NCBI GenBank assembly: GCA_963678315.1
Contig: OY782781.1
Location: 2,432,001 to 2,496,000, forward strand
DNA length: 64,000 nt
From: Candidatus Cloacimonadales bacterium
GTDB lineage: Bacteria > Cloacimonadota > Cloacimonadia > Cloacimonadales > JAFGVF01
Reading direction: 5' to 3'
Part shown: piece after piece, positions 1-10,731 of the stretch
Layout of the letters: the number at the start of each line of letters is the position of its first letter
Position numbering within the stretch: the stretch's first letter is position 1
Position numbers and translations under genes: made by a program
The notes under the pieces: model-generated
Seen by the model: the letters and a program-made list of their open reading frames with translations, nothing else
Databases searched by the model: none
What the model was told of the DNA's origin: nothing

Positions 1-220
1 TTGTGATATCTGCACAAAAAGTTCTCATTATGTTTGAATTTTCTTGAGGATTTCCGTAAGTACAAGTCTCAGCTATGGTTTTATCATTTCTTTTTACCCA
101 TTCAATTAAATCATCAAAAATATTATCTAAAGATCCCGATAGAGACCTTTCATCTCCGTAATGATAATATCCACACTTCTTAATATTAAAGTATCTTAGT
201 TTTGCTTTTTCATTCATCAT
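1..220 (-). CDS. Hypothetical protein, N-terminal part only (runs off the window start)
   Basis: Not in the ORF track. AGGAGG RBS, then ATG at 220; open frame MMNEKAKLRYFNIKKCGYYHYGDERSLSGSLDNIFDDLIEWVKR... with no stop to position 1. Confidence 0.7.
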   Translation of the reverse strand, partial: MMNEKAKLRYFNIKKCGYYHYGDERSLSGSLDNIFDDLIEWVKRNDKTIAETCTYGNPQENSNIMRTFCADIT

Positions 221-349
221 TAACCTCCTATTTCATTAGGTACACCTGTGAACTAAGTGAAATATATACCTTCAAAACTACATAGTTACTACTTTGAACA
301 AATCTTGCTATAATATTATGCTCAAAATCTTTTTGATTAAAGTAGAGCT

Positions 350-2020
350 CAGACTGCTGACAAAGTAGAAAAAAGGTGTTTACAGCCAATTTTAGTTTTC
401 ATCTGATAGTTGATAGATTTTTTAGTATTGGTGATGATATTGTTGCATAAGTTCACTATGGGAGACAATATACCCAAAATAATCAAAAAATTTGAGTATT
501 TTTGTTAAAATAGAACCCTTTTTTAGCTTTTTATTGATTCTCTTAAAGTATTTAACTAATTTTACTAAATTTTGAGTACAAGCTGTCATTAGAGCTTGTT
601 CTTTAACTTTTTCAAGTCCTCTATATCGTGCATATCGATATCCATGATTTTGTTTTGCATTAGCAAAACTCCTCTCAATAGTCTCTTTTCGTCGCTTATA
701 AATCTCTTTACCACAGAATGTTAAACGATTCATATTTATCTTGTCTTTATATTTTTCCCAGACATGCCGATTTAGTACTTTCCTCCTTGTTTTATTTGAA
801 GTACATTTAGATAAATGAGGACAGTTTTTACAGTCTTCAGCATTTGATACGTATTCTTTGTAGCCCTCTCTTCTTGTTGTTTTGTAATGTAATAATTTGT
901 TATTTGGACAAATATATTGGTCGTTGACTGAGTCAAATTTGAATTTATTCTTGCTGAAAAATCCTTTTTTATGGCTACCTCTTTTGTACCCTATTACCCC
1001 CATTATTCCTTTTTCACATAAAAAACGACAATTATCTACAGTATTATACCCAGCATCTAAGCCTACAGCTATAACATTAAAATTAAACCTTTCAATCTGC
1101 CGAAGAAGACGAGATTTATATACCACTACATCATTTATATTCCCAGGTGTTATAAATACATCTGTTATAAAATTACATTTAGGATCCGTTGTCCTATGGT
1201 CTAAATAAAAGAAGCCTTGTGGTTTGCGGTCTCGTGCCATAAAACCACTGTCTGGATCTGTTGTGCTGGATTTAATTGTCTTGGTTTCTTCCTGTGGTTC
1301 CTTAGGAGGAAGTGGTTTTATATTGTGTTTTTTTCTGTCTTCTGCGACTGCTTCATCCAAATCTTTAATATATTCTTTTGTAGTTCTTTTTACTACAATT
1401 TTTATGAACTTATTCTTATTCGCATTAGCTTTTATATGGGTTGAGTCTGTATATAAAATTTTCCCATTAACTAAACCATTTTCAATGCCTAACTTAACAA
1501 TATTATCAAAAATCTCTTGAAATAAATCATTATTAGCAAATCGTCTTTTACGAGTTTTACTTATAATTGAATGGTGAGGAATTTTATCATTAAATCCGAA
1601 CCCTAAAAACCATCTATATGCAAGATTAACTTGTATTTCTTTAAATATTTGACGTTCTGATTTAATACCAAAGAGATAACCTATTAATATTATTTTAAAA
1701 AGAGTTATTGGATTAATAGCAGGTCTACCAAAAGTCTCATTGTATGTGTCTTTCATTATATCATAAACGAAAGAGAAATCTATATATTCATCAAAAAACC
1801 TAAGGATATGATCGTCTGGAACCTGTTCTTCTAAATTTACAAGCTCGAATTCGTATTGTTTTCTATATTCTTCTTTAATCATTTTATCACCTCTAATTAT
1901 ATGCCTATCATATAATAAGGAGTAATATTGTCAAGTCTATTTGTGCTTTTTCTGGGTTGTTTAGTACAGAAAAAACATACGAAAATCACACATTGATTAC
2001 ATGACTTTGTCAGCAGTCTG
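350..2020 (-). mobile_element. IS1182-family insertion sequence
   Basis: Perfect 17-bp terminal inverted repeats CAGACTGCTGACAAAGT (350-366) and ACTTTGTCAGCAGTCTG (2004-2020); AGCT direct repeat at 346-349 and 2021-2024; single transposase ORF inside. Confidence 0.92.
422..1882 (-). CDS. IS1182-family DDE transposase
   Basis: DUF772-like N-terminus (GRPAINP...FGIKSERQ...LAYRWFLG); motifs DSTHIKANA, STTDPD, LDAGY, Cys cluster and YKRRKETIERSFANAKQNHG. Confidence 0.93.
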   Translation of the reverse strand: MIKEEYRKQYEFELVNLEEQVPDDHILRFFDEYIDFSFVYDIMKDTYNETFGRPAINPITLFKIILIGYLFGIKSERQIFKEIQVNLAYRWFLGFGFNDKIPHHSIISKTRKRRFANNDLFQEIFDNIVKLGIENGLVNGKILYTDSTHIKANANKNKFIKIVVKRTTKEYIKDLDEAVAEDRKKHNIKPLPPKEPQEETKTIKSSTTDPDSGFMARDRKPQGFFYLDHRTTDPKCNFITDVFITPGNINDVVVYKSRLLRQIERFNFNVIAVGLDAGYNTVDNCRFLCEKGIMGVIGYKRGSHKKGFFSKNKFKFDSVNDQYICPNNKLLHYKTTRREGYKEYVSNAEDCKNCPHLSKCTSNKTRRKVLNRHVWEKYKDKINMNRLTFCGKEIYKRRKETIERSFANAKQNHGYRYARYRGLEKVKEQALMTACTQNLVKLVKYFKRINKKLKKGSILTKILKFFDYFGYIVSHSELMQQYHHQY

Positions 2021-2054
2021 AGCTCTACCATTCAGTAGAGCTCCTATATTTTTT
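2021..2054. terminator. Stem-loop (AGCTCTAC-CATTCA-GTAGAGCT) with adjacent T-tract; IS target site
   Basis: Inverted repeat visible just downstream of the S8 protease stop codon. Confidence 0.65.
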
Positions 2055-2064
2055 GCTTATGATT

Positions 2065-5000
2065 CTACTTAATTAGCAAACATTTCTTCACAACTGCTTG
2101 CTTATTTGATTCAAGTTTATAAAAATACATACCTGATGCTACTTTTTTATTTTGATTATTATTTCCATTCCATACAATTTGATATTGACCTTTTTCCATG
2201 TCACTGTCGAGTAATGTTTTTACCTTTTGTCCTCTTACATTGTAAATATTTAGTTTAACTCGACTTCTTTGTGGTATGAAATACCTTATATTTGTTGAGG
2301 GGTTGAATGGATTAGGATAACAATTATAAAGTACTGGTTTTAAAGGAATAACTTGACTTTGTGTATTCTCTGGATTTCTAAGTGAAGACAATATTTTTCT
2401 TGTATTCATTATATGATCGTTTCTTGATCGTGGCATTAGGCTTGAGTATTTTGTCCTACATTTACCACCACTTTCCAACCAAGCAGATCCCATATCAATT
2501 ACAGCAAAACAGGAATCATTATATGTTGGAGGAGAGTCAATTATACTAGCATAATGATCAATGGCATCTTGGTAATTATTAATCAACCTATTACAAAGAG
2601 CTTTAGTGTTTAATAACTCTCTTCTAAAGTCATTTTGATTTGGATATGATATCAGTTTAGCATCAATCCATTCAATCAAACTAGGCACTTGATTAACTTT
2701 TGAATGACATACTGTTATACCTTTAAGAACCTGAAAATCATCATCTGTTAGAAGAGAATCATTAAGTACTTGGTAGTAATATTGTATTGCCATATCCCAG
2801 TTACTATTTATTCTGGCATTTTCAGCTAAATAGAATGTCTCATTCATCCCATCCCTACCGGCACTGCCATTAGGAGTTGTTAACCATGGATCATAGTGAA
2901 TGTCTCTGAAGTTACTAAAGGTGCTAATTATGTCATTTTCAGTTGCATATCCCCACCAATTATCATCAGCTTTAATTTGGCTTTTTATTCTTTCTGTTAC
3001 AATGTTTATTTGCTCAATTTCAGTGTTCTCAAAATTGTTAAAACCTCCAGCAAGATAAGGTGTTGAATGTACTGCAAGCAATCCAATATCATTTTCAGAT
3101 ATTTCATTTCCTCCAGTTTCATTATAAGCAAGGTAAGGGACTGCACCTTTATAAGATGCAATACCAACATCAGAATTTAGAATTTGGTCATGTCCAAAAT
3201 CTATAAGGGATTCATAAGCTGATATTGAAATCTCATTGTTACTTAATAAGCTATTTTTTACTACGTAAGTTCCATTATCAAGCATTTCCAGACCTATCTC
3301 AGCATTAGATAGATGTGTATTAATCACAATCAAATTAGTATTATTTACAGAGGATATCCCCAACCAATGATCTTTAATTACATCAGGGCACATACCTTCA
3401 ACAATAACAGGATAATCTTCAGTTCCGTTGAAATCAATACGTCCGTAGTTATTTATGATGTTTTTATTCCTTATACGAACCTCAATTCCTGGATTAAAAT
3501 TAAGATTTACTCCTGAATTTATACGTAGATTTTTATCTATCACAACATCTTGCCAAATAGTAAGATCTTCATCCACAACACTCGGGATATTATACAGATA
3601 CTGAGCAGTGTTCCTTTCATTGTTTGAAAACTGAGTCCATTCATCCATCTCATCAACATTATTATTCTTTATTGGAATCCTATAAATTTTTGCCTCATTT
3701 GTATCCTGATTACCAGCCAATATATATAAATCTCTTATACTTGTAGAAAAAGCTGATCCAATTGCCATTGACTTAATATTAGCAAAGAAGTTTATGTTAT
3801 AGCTTTGAAGAGGTTCTTCATTAACTTGATATACTGAGAGTTCATTGTCTTTTGATAAAACAACATCTTGTGTGTTACTTTCTCCAAGATCTGCAAGAAG
3901 CGAAGGCCTCCTATTCTTATGATAGTATCCACCATTTTCAGAAGAATAATCGTTGGTTGTATGATTAATTCTATAGCCTTGTTCAACATCAAGAACTTCT
4001 TCTGAGGCTGTTGTTAAGATTTCAATTCCAAAGTTGTCAGGATAGAAATCTCCTGCAATAATTTTGCCAGGGGCTAAGTCAATATTATCAATTTCATCAA
4101 TAGGAGATGGAGTATTGTCAACATGAGACCAGATTTGAACTGGGTCTTCATCTCCATAGTCATAACAGTAGGTAGTATAACTAGAAGTCCTCTCGATTCC
4201 CGGATGAAAATCTTTTGTAATCCCAAAAAACAAACGATTATGATAAACAGCTTCATCGGGATCATTAAATTGTGGTTTAATCAAAAGTAAGTTTGTAGAC
4301 CGCAAGTTAGTGATATTATCATTACCTGGACCAATGATCGGTTCGATATGTTCATCAATGCTATAACCGTCTCTAGTTCCATCTAGAAATCTTGTTTTCA
4401 TAATTTCAATCCAATTATCATTTGTTCGAACAATAGCTGTAATTTCACGACCAAAATTTTGATCTACATTTCCAACAGCCAGTTCAGAAAGAAACCTTCT
4501 CCCATCGGTTAAAGAACGATATAAGATTTCATATTCCGTGCTAGGATAATCATATTGTGTTATTGTTGCATAAAAACCTGTATCAGTGTCGTAGTCATTT
4601 CCATTTAAAATAACATCCATCCTTCCATTACCAGTTACATCGTCAACGACAAGAGACTTAATTTCTGCAGTAACATCATTATTTAATATAACAGGGTAAT
4701 TATCAATTTCAATCATGTTCAAATCATAGGCATATACGGTTACTGCATTGGTCACAAAAACTACTTCAGCATTATCTCCATATACTATATCACCAAAGGC
4801 TGGTTTTGCAATTATAGAGTCATTAACTATTTCCATAAATAAATGTGAATTACGATATAAACATGCAAAGTATTCAAAGCTATCATTAATTGGCTTCTTC
4901 AAACCAAAAGCTAATTCATCAAGACCATCATTATTCATGTCAAATATTGCAACTTCTGAAGTTAACTGATATGTTGATAGGTCTACTAATTCTTCTAACT

Positions 5001-6669
5001 TAGGTACACATGGCACCTCAAAATACACGATATCAGTACGCCCCTCATAAAAAAGCTCTAACGAAAATCTAATATTTCTCCCATAAGGAGAGGAGTCAGA
5101 AATAATAAAGTCGCTAATAGAATCAAAGCCAAGAGAGCTTATTGGATTCCATTGCCCATTTCCTTCATCTATATTAATGAAAGGGTCATCAGTTGAAAGA
5201 TGTCCTATTACAACATCACTACCTGATTCCCACCAGTTCTTTAAGGATATGCTAAGACGTACTTCATCTTCTCCAGTGGACAAAACTCCATCTCCTGTTG
5301 CATCAACAGTAACACTATGAAGTCTATATGCTGGATGGTTCCCTTCAGTGAGAGCTCGATAAACATTTAAACGACCTGTTCCCAGAGAACGCATATACAT
5401 AGAATTTGTATTCATTTGTGTTAGGTCATCTGCGGTTCCCTTTAATCTTTGGATTATTTGTTCACGGGTTATACCTGGGAATGTATCTTTTATCAATGCT
5501 ACAGCACCAGAAACCATTGGTGCAGACATTGATGTTCCATCAGCGTATTCATAATTGCTACTCCATGGATTATATGGTAAATTGTGATTAGTAAACTCTT
5601 CATCCTGAGGGGTAGTTGAAACTATTCCATTGCCAGGTGCACAAATATCAAGCAAGTTCCCGTAGTTTGTATAAGATGCTTTAGCGTCATTGATTCCTGT
5701 AGCTCCAACAGAAATAACTCCTGGTATATTTGCTGGGAAAGCAACACTATTTGTACCTTCATTACCAGCTGCAGCTACAAACACAATAGTTGGATCTTCA
5801 TCCATTATTCTGTTAATGAGATTTCTTAATGTAATGTTAGTATTAGACATTCCCCAGCTCATGTTTATAACTTCTGCTCCATTTCTAAAAGCCCAATTAA
5901 TCCCACTAATAACAGTACTTGCACTGAAACCAAAATGGCTTATTTTGACAGTCATCAGCTGGCAACCAGGCTCAAGGTTGTCCCATCCTCCTGCTACACC
6001 TGCTACACCTATTGAATTATTAGTAGATGCTCCAATAATCCCTGCAACATGAGTTCCATGTCCACTATTATCCTGAGGTATATTGATATCTTGGGGACCG
6101 TTAATTCCGAATACATTATAACCATGGTTACCATTTCCATCATCCCAAAGATTACTTTCCAAATCAGGATGATTTCCATATTGGCCAATACCTAAGTCAA
6201 TTCCAGAATCCAGCACAGCAACCGTAACATTTCCTCCATAAGCTATTTGGTTACTCCATACCTGATTCATACCTATTTTTTCTAAACCCCAAGAGGTTGA
6301 GTTATATGAGTCATCTGTGTTTATTCCGAATAATTCTAATTTATTGTCTGGTTCTGCATATTCAATATTAATTTCTTTCTCTAAATTGAAAATTACATCT
6401 TCAATATCGTACATCTTATTAAATTCAGCCAGATAGTAAGCCCCTTCATAATCACCTGTTTGGATGGTAAACAATGTGTCCAGTTTACTGATTTGATAGT
6501 TAGAGGCAATAGTATTAAACCAAGTTCTATCTGTTATCACAACTCCTGAGTTGCTACCTGTAACATTGATAGAAATATCACTCTTAAAGAGAATATTTCC
6601 TTCTACAAAATTAGCTGATAAAGTGCTCATAACAATAATTAAAGTAATAAAAACTATTATCTTTTTCAT
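2065..6669 (-). CDS. Secreted S8 (subtilisin-family) serine protease, multidomain (FG-GAP-like repeats, beta-helix, TPR-like region, FlgD-Ig/Por-type CTD)
   Basis: Signal peptide; catalytic motifs VAVLDSG, GHGTHVAG, AAGN, GTSMSAP; DMNNDGLDE/DVTGNGRMD repeats; C-terminal CYPNPFNPST...YNVRGQKVK...ASGMYFY...KKCLLIK. Confidence 0.9.
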   Translation of the reverse strand: MKKIIVFITLIIVMSTLSANFVEGNILFKSDISINVTGSNSGVVITDRTWFNTIASNYQISKLDTLFTIQTGDYEGAYYLAEFNKMYDIEDVIFNLEKEINIEYAEPDNKLELFGINTDDSYNSTSWGLEKIGMNQVWSNQIAYGGNVTVAVLDSGIDLGIGQYGNHPDLESNLWDDGNGNHGYNVFGINGPQDINIPQDNSGHGTHVAGIIGASTNNSIGVAGVAGGWDNLEPGCQLMTVKISHFGFSASTVISGINWAFRNGAEVINMSWGMSNTNITLRNLINRIMDEDPTIVFVAAAGNEGTNSVAFPANIPGVISVGATGINDAKASYTNYGNLLDICAPGNGIVSTTPQDEEFTNHNLPYNPWSSNYEYADGTSMSAPMVSGAVALIKDTFPGITREQIIQRLKGTADDLTQMNTNSMYMRSLGTGRLNVYRALTEGNHPAYRLHSVTVDATGDGVLSTGEDEVRLSISLKNWWESGSDVVIGHLSTDDPFINIDEGNGQWNPISSLGFDSISDFIISDSSPYGRNIRFSLELFYEGRTDIVYFEVPCVPKLEELVDLSTYQLTSEVAIFDMNNDGLDELAFGLKKPINDSFEYFACLYRNSHLFMEIVNDSIIAKPAFGDIVYGDNAEVVFVTNAVTVYAYDLNMIEIDNYPVILNNDVTAEIKSLVVDDVTGNGRMDVILNGNDYDTDTGFYATITQYDYPSTEYEILYRSLTDGRRFLSELAVGNVDQNFGREITAIVRTNDNWIEIMKTRFLDGTRDGYSIDEHIEPIIGPGNDNITNLRSTNLLLIKPQFNDPDEAVYHNRLFFGITKDFHPGIERTSSYTTYCYDYGDEDPVQIWSHVDNTPSPIDEIDNIDLAPGKIIAGDFYPDNFGIEILTTASEEVLDVEQGYRINHTTNDYSSENGGYYHKNRRPSLLADLGESNTQDVVLSKDNELSVYQVNEEPLQSYNINFFANIKSMAIGSAFSTSIRDLYILAGNQDTNEAKIYRIPIKNNNVDEMDEWTQFSNNERNTAQYLYNIPSVVDEDLTIWQDVVIDKNLRINSGVNLNFNPGIEVRIRNKNIINNYGRIDFNGTEDYPVIVEGMCPDVIKDHWLGISSVNNTNLIVINTHLSNAEIGLEMLDNGTYVVKNSLLSNNEISISAYESLIDFGHDQILNSDVGIASYKGAVPYLAYNETGGNEISENDIGLLAVHSTPYLAGGFNNFENTEIEQINIVTERIKSQIKADDNWWGYATENDIISTFSNFRDIHYDPWLTTPNGSAGRDGMNETFYLAENARINSNWDMAIQYYYQVLNDSLLTDDDFQVLKGITVCHSKVNQVPSLIEWIDAKLISYPNQNDFRRELLNTKALCNRLINNYQDAIDHYASIIDSPPTYNDSCFAVIDMGSAWLESGGKCRTKYSSLMPRSRNDHIMNTRKILSSLRNPENTQSQVIPLKPVLYNCYPNPFNPSTNIRYFIPQRSRVKLNIYNVRGQKVKTLLDSDMEKGQYQIVWNGNNNQNKKVASGMYFYKLESNKQAVVKKCLLIK

Positions 6670-6692
6670 TTTTTCCTCCTATTTTTTTGCTA

Positions 6693-7649
6693 CTATTTTA
6701 TAATTGTGATTTTCTTAACTTGACTTCTTTTCCTATCCTTAACATTTAGAAAGTATATTCCAGACGGATAATCTAAATTCTGAATTCGAAAATACCCTTT
6801 CTTTGATTTTAGATTATTTTCAGAATAAACTAATCTACCTCTAAGGTCATAAAGAGACAGACTTATGTTCTTATTATTTTTTTCCATAAATTCAATATTA
6901 AAACTATTTCTACATGGCTGTGGATAGATTTGTTTGATCAGCTGATTCTGCATAGGTTCAACCTCATGAGAATTTGACACTATTTTTTGGTAGGTTACGA
7001 TTAAATGTGGATTATACGAATGAGGTGAAGTTGGGTTATTAGAATATGCAACAACATCTGTCTCATATGACCCTGTATCATAACCTGGAGGGAATCTAAG
7101 TCTAAACTGTGAGTATTCACGAGATTGTTCTATATCGTTATGATAGCTCTCAGTAACCGGATAGGAGACCCAGCCAACATAAGCACTATTCTGCAATACC
7201 CCCACATTTGAAGTAAGTGACCCATTATCAAAAACTGAAGGAGCTATAGTATCAAATTGTATATGATCAATAATGACAGAGTAAGGTGTTGAATAGTAAT
7301 GAGGCCATATGAGATCAATGTTTCCGTCCCAATAATACTCACATTTAAGACGGAGCATTACACTTGATATAGTGTAATCATTAGGAACTGGCATAGTCTC
7401 AAATGTAATAAAAGATCTGCTTTCTTCAATACCATTTCCGATCATAGATCTATCACCATAAGCAATGATTAATGATGGTTCATTTGGGAAATGATAATAA
7501 GTATTCATATCCATATTATGAAATATTGCTCCAGTCATAGGTATAGGTTCAGAGTATATTGTATCAACAAGAACTGATTCATTTCTATAAGCATATAACT
7601 GTAAAATTATGCTAAATAGAATTAAAAAGATTAAGAGATGTCTCTTCAT
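6693..7649 (-). CDS. Secreted protein with DNRLRE-like domain and CTD
   Basis: Signal peptide; SRSFITF...ISSVMLRL...PHLIVTY pattern; C-terminal IYPQP...YDLRGRLV...SGIYFL...KKITIIK; GGAGG RBS; co-oriented with the protease gene. Confidence 0.7.
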   Translation of the reverse strand: MKRHLLIFLILFSIILQLYAYRNESVLVDTIYSEPIPMTGAIFHNMDMNTYYHFPNEPSLIIAYGDRSMIGNGIEESRSFITFETMPVPNDYTISSVMLRLKCEYYWDGNIDLIWPHYYSTPYSVIIDHIQFDTIAPSVFDNGSLTSNVGVLQNSAYVGWVSYPVTESYHNDIEQSREYSQFRLRFPPGYDTGSYETDVVAYSNNPTSPHSYNPHLIVTYQKIVSNSHEVEPMQNQLIKQIYPQPCRNSFNIEFMEKNNKNISLSLYDLRGRLVYSENNLKSKKGYFRIQNLDYPSGIYFLNVKDRKRSQVKKITIIK

Positions 7650-8282
7650 TTTTCCTCCATTTTAATGTATAAAATTATATATAATGTGTGATTATGATAA
7701 AGCGATATTTATATAATCATCATCAAGATTCATTCGATAATAAAAAACTTCCATAACCAATCAATAGTTTATTGTAAAGCAGACCTTGAACTTATATGAA
7801 TTTCAAACTTACTCACATAATATAATATTTAACCAAATCTAATTTGAAAATAGTTAGCAATTTACTTATTGTCAATTATTTTATTTACCCTTTATATAAA
7901 AGGGGTATTAGAAAAGGCTTTTTCATGCTAATATAGACAATCTAAGCTTGTGAATTTTTAGCGATATTAACTATGCATGCCATAAGTCTCTGCCCAAAAA
8001 AGTGATTTAATGCAGAAAATTTCTTATAAATAAAGATAATTTGGGATAAAATATATAAAATAAGCACCCATTAAATATAGAAAGTGTTCATTTCTATTAA
8101 CAAATATTTCTTTCTTATACATCTTCTCATACATAAGCCATAAACTCTTCACCCACTATTTCACCTATTTTTTTGATATTTTAACTTATTCTGTGTTAAC
8201 TCTTTGCAACTCGGTTTGCCTTATGTCTAGTTTTAGTTTTAGATTGCATCAGAATTAAATTAAACGATGTAAGGATTTTTAA

Positions 8283-8708
8283 ATGAGAATAGATACACAT
8301 ACAATTTTGAGAGTCTTAAATCTACCTGAAGATGAAAAGATAGCACAGCTCCTTGAAGAACATTCTGAAAGTGCAGTAGGCTGGTTTATAAAAGTAGCTG
8401 AAAGCTCAGTGCTTGAATCTCTTACAGACTACAAGATGGCATACTCTTTCTTTTTGCTTTCTCAAGTTTTGGACTTTTTGAATCTTAAAACTCTTGGCTC
8501 AGGTATTATTAAGACTACAGGCATTGATGCTCAAGCTACCCAGTTATTGACAGGTAGTGAAATTAGAGCTTTTAAAAAGGATTTAGAGATTCGTGCCTTA
8601 GAGACTATTTATGACTATCTAACTCCTCTTGGTGTAAAGCGTTTGGATGAGCTCAAATTTGGTTCTACATCAGTTAAACACTATAGAACAAGAGCAAGTG
8701 TAATATGA
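8283..8708 (+). CDS. Phage protein, possible head-tail adaptor
   Basis: First gene of the phage operon; size and position only. Confidence 0.45.
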   Translation: MRIDTHTILRVLNLPEDEKIAQLLEEHSESAVGWFIKVAESSVLESLTDYKMAYSFFLLSQVLDFLNLKTLGSGIIKTTGIDAQATQLLTGSEIRAFKKDLEIRALETIYDYLTPLGVKRLDELKFGSTSVKHYRTRASVI

Positions 8709-9169
8709 GTATTCAAACTGAAATATTAAGAGCTATCTACTCTGCAATAGAGAGTAAACTACACCTTATCGGTAGTGTTATTGAAGGTAAGACCAGAAGG
8801 CTTATCTTAGAAAAAGGCATTAAAGACAGAGGTGATTTCTATCAAAACACTAGCTATGCAGTGAATTTTAACAACTCTTCAATTGACCTAGCTGTAGGAT
8901 CTAATGTACCTCATGAGCAATATGTCTTAGGTGGTAAAGTTCCTTCCTGGACTCCAATCCAACCACTTAAAGATTGGGTCGCTCGTAAAGGATTAGACTG
9001 GGTTGATAAGATAACTGGTGAACAACTTACAATTGAAAATATTGCTTACATGATTAGGGCTAAGATAAAACGTCAAGGTGTACCTGAACGTAATGTCTTT
9101 GCAGAAGTTATCCATAATCAAGAGAAGTGGATTTTTGACCAGCTAGATTCTATTGAGGTGGTTCTATGA
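8705..9169 (+). CDS. HK97 gp10-like / Mu gpG-like neck (virion morphogenesis) protein
   Basis: DRGDF...AVGSNVPHEQYV..G...P..PL..WV.RKG...I...I.R.G...R..F pattern typical of gp10-like proteins. Confidence 0.65.
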   Translation: MSIQTEILRAIYSAIESKLHLIGSVIEGKTRRLILEKGIKDRGDFYQNTSYAVNFNNSSIDLAVGSNVPHEQYVLGGKVPSWTPIQPLKDWVARKGLDWVDKITGEQLTIENIAYMIRAKIKRQGVPERNVFAEVIHNQEKWIFDQLDSIEVVL

Positions 9170-9540
9170 CCTTTCAAGATAAAAGACTAGCTATTGTTAA
9201 AGCACTTGTTGACACAGGTATTTCCACTAAACATATCGCTTTTTCTAAAGACACTATTCCTAGCTCTTTTCCTTCTGCTATTGTTATTTTAGAAGGAGAA
9301 AAAGGTACTAATAAATCTTCTAAGCGATTCTTATCTTTTGAGTATGATATACAAGTATTTCTAATTGCTGATGTTAATAACTCAGATGATCCTGATAGTG
9401 TAATCTTAGATTTATCAGATAGATTTAAAGCAAACTATTTATCATCTGTTGGCGATGATATCCCTAAGATTGAGTTCTATCCAGCAAGAGCAGATGCAGG
9501 TCGTAAGGTCCGTATTGCAAAGGTTTATACGGTAATATAG
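9166..9540 (+). CDS. Putative tail terminator/completion protein
   Basis: Size, position after the gp10-like gene, 'FPSAIV..E' beta-rich pattern; ATGA overlap. Confidence 0.45.
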   Translation: MTFQDKRLAIVKALVDTGISTKHIAFSKDTIPSSFPSAIVILEGEKGTNKSSKRFLSFEYDIQVFLIADVNNSDDPDSVILDLSDRFKANYLSSVGDDIPKIEFYPARADAGRKVRIAKVYTVI

Positions 9541-10722
9541 ATGAGAGTGCAAAAGATTGGTGGCTTTAATATTGGGATTGTGTCTAGCGAAGATTTACTT
9601 AATAAGAACTATTCTCCTGAGCCTGTTAACTTAAGCTCTTATAAGTGGCAAGGTAGCAAAAGACTATCTAAATCTTATGAGAAGAAGAGAATGATATCAG
9701 CTCCTTATTCTATGGCTAACTTACTAAAACTTATTGATAAGGATGAGTACCATTCAGGCTGTATTACTTCTAAAGTAAACACTTGTTTAATGCAATTTGA
9801 AGTTAAAAACTCTTTTCTTAAAAGTTGGTTAGCATCAGCTCAATATCAAGGTAATGATGATATTTTACTAACTCTTGGAGAACTGCTTAAATACTATCTA
9901 GCCTGTGGAAATGGCTTTGTCATTAAAATGCGTAATGCTTCAGGCGAATGGGTTGGCTTAGAAAGACTACTACCAACAGAAGTACAATTAATAGAAAACT
10001 ATGATAGCTTTGGATTCTTTAAACCTGATTTTCTCCATGTTAAAAATGGTAAGAAGAGATTCTTTTCAAGTGATGATGTAATCCATTTTAAAAATCCAAC
10101 TCATAGATCTAATGCTTGGGGTGTTTCCTGTCTACCTGTAGCTGTTAATATTGAAATTCTAGAGCAGATTAAAGCCTTTGATTTCAACAACTTCAAGAAC
10201 GGATTGTTGGTAGATTACTTCATGATAGTTGAGGGTGGCTCATTAAAAGATGATGTAGTTGAAGACTCAGAAGGTAATGAAGTCTTAAAGGATGCTTTTA
10301 ATGTTATTGAGGAAACACTCCAATCAGCTAAAGGAAACAACAAATCACACACAACTGTCTTAATTGAAACAGAAAACAAAGATGCTAGGATTAGACTTGA
10401 ACCACTTAGACAACAAGAGAGAGATGGTGGTTTTATATCTTTGAAGAAGGATTTGAGAGAAGGTATCTTCGCTTATCATAGAGTACCAGCTAGAATTGTG
10501 TCTCAGCTTATTCCAGGACAACTTGGTGGAGATAATAAATCAGATATGCTCATGTTCTACCATTTTGTTATAAAACCACTCCAACATCGTCTAGGACAAT
10601 TATTAGCAAAAGAATTTAACAAAGAATACAATTGGAATTTAGAGGCATCCGAATTTGATTTCGGTGACTTAACTACAATTTTTGAAACTGAAGATGAACA
10701 ACTATTTAAATCCATCAGATAG
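9541..10722 (+). CDS. Phage portal protein (PBSX XkdE/HK97-like)
   Basis: YLACGNGFV..MRN..G....L..L, DVIHFKNP...WGVS, NNFKNG and IFAYHRVP motifs. Confidence 0.85.
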   Translation: MRVQKIGGFNIGIVSSEDLLNKNYSPEPVNLSSYKWQGSKRLSKSYEKKRMISAPYSMANLLKLIDKDEYHSGCITSKVNTCLMQFEVKNSFLKSWLASAQYQGNDDILLTLGELLKYYLACGNGFVIKMRNASGEWVGLERLLPTEVQLIENYDSFGFFKPDFLHVKNGKKRFFSSDDVIHFKNPTHRSNAWGVSCLPVAVNIEILEQIKAFDFNNFKNGLLVDYFMIVEGGSLKDDVVEDSEGNEVLKDAFNVIEETLQSAKGNNKSHTTVLIETENKDARIRLEPLRQQERDGGFISLKKDLREGIFAYHRVPARIVSQLIPGQLGGDNKSDMLMFYHFVIKPLQHRLGQLLAKEFNKEYNWNLEASEFDFGDLTTIFETEDEQLFKSIR

Positions 10723-10731
10723 GAGGTTGGA

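Noticed and set aside
897..6052. Short ORFs overlapping the transposase and S8 protease (e.g. 897-1208, 1224-1520, 5690-6052)
   Set aside because: Antisense or alternative-frame shadows of well-supported genes, with no RBS or recognisable motifs.
7960..8140. Short - strand frame (MYEKMYKKEIFVNRNEHF...) divergent from the phage operon, as a remnant of a packaging gene
   Set aside because: Under 60 codons in very AT-rich DNA, with no clear RBS or motif; cannot be supported without a search.
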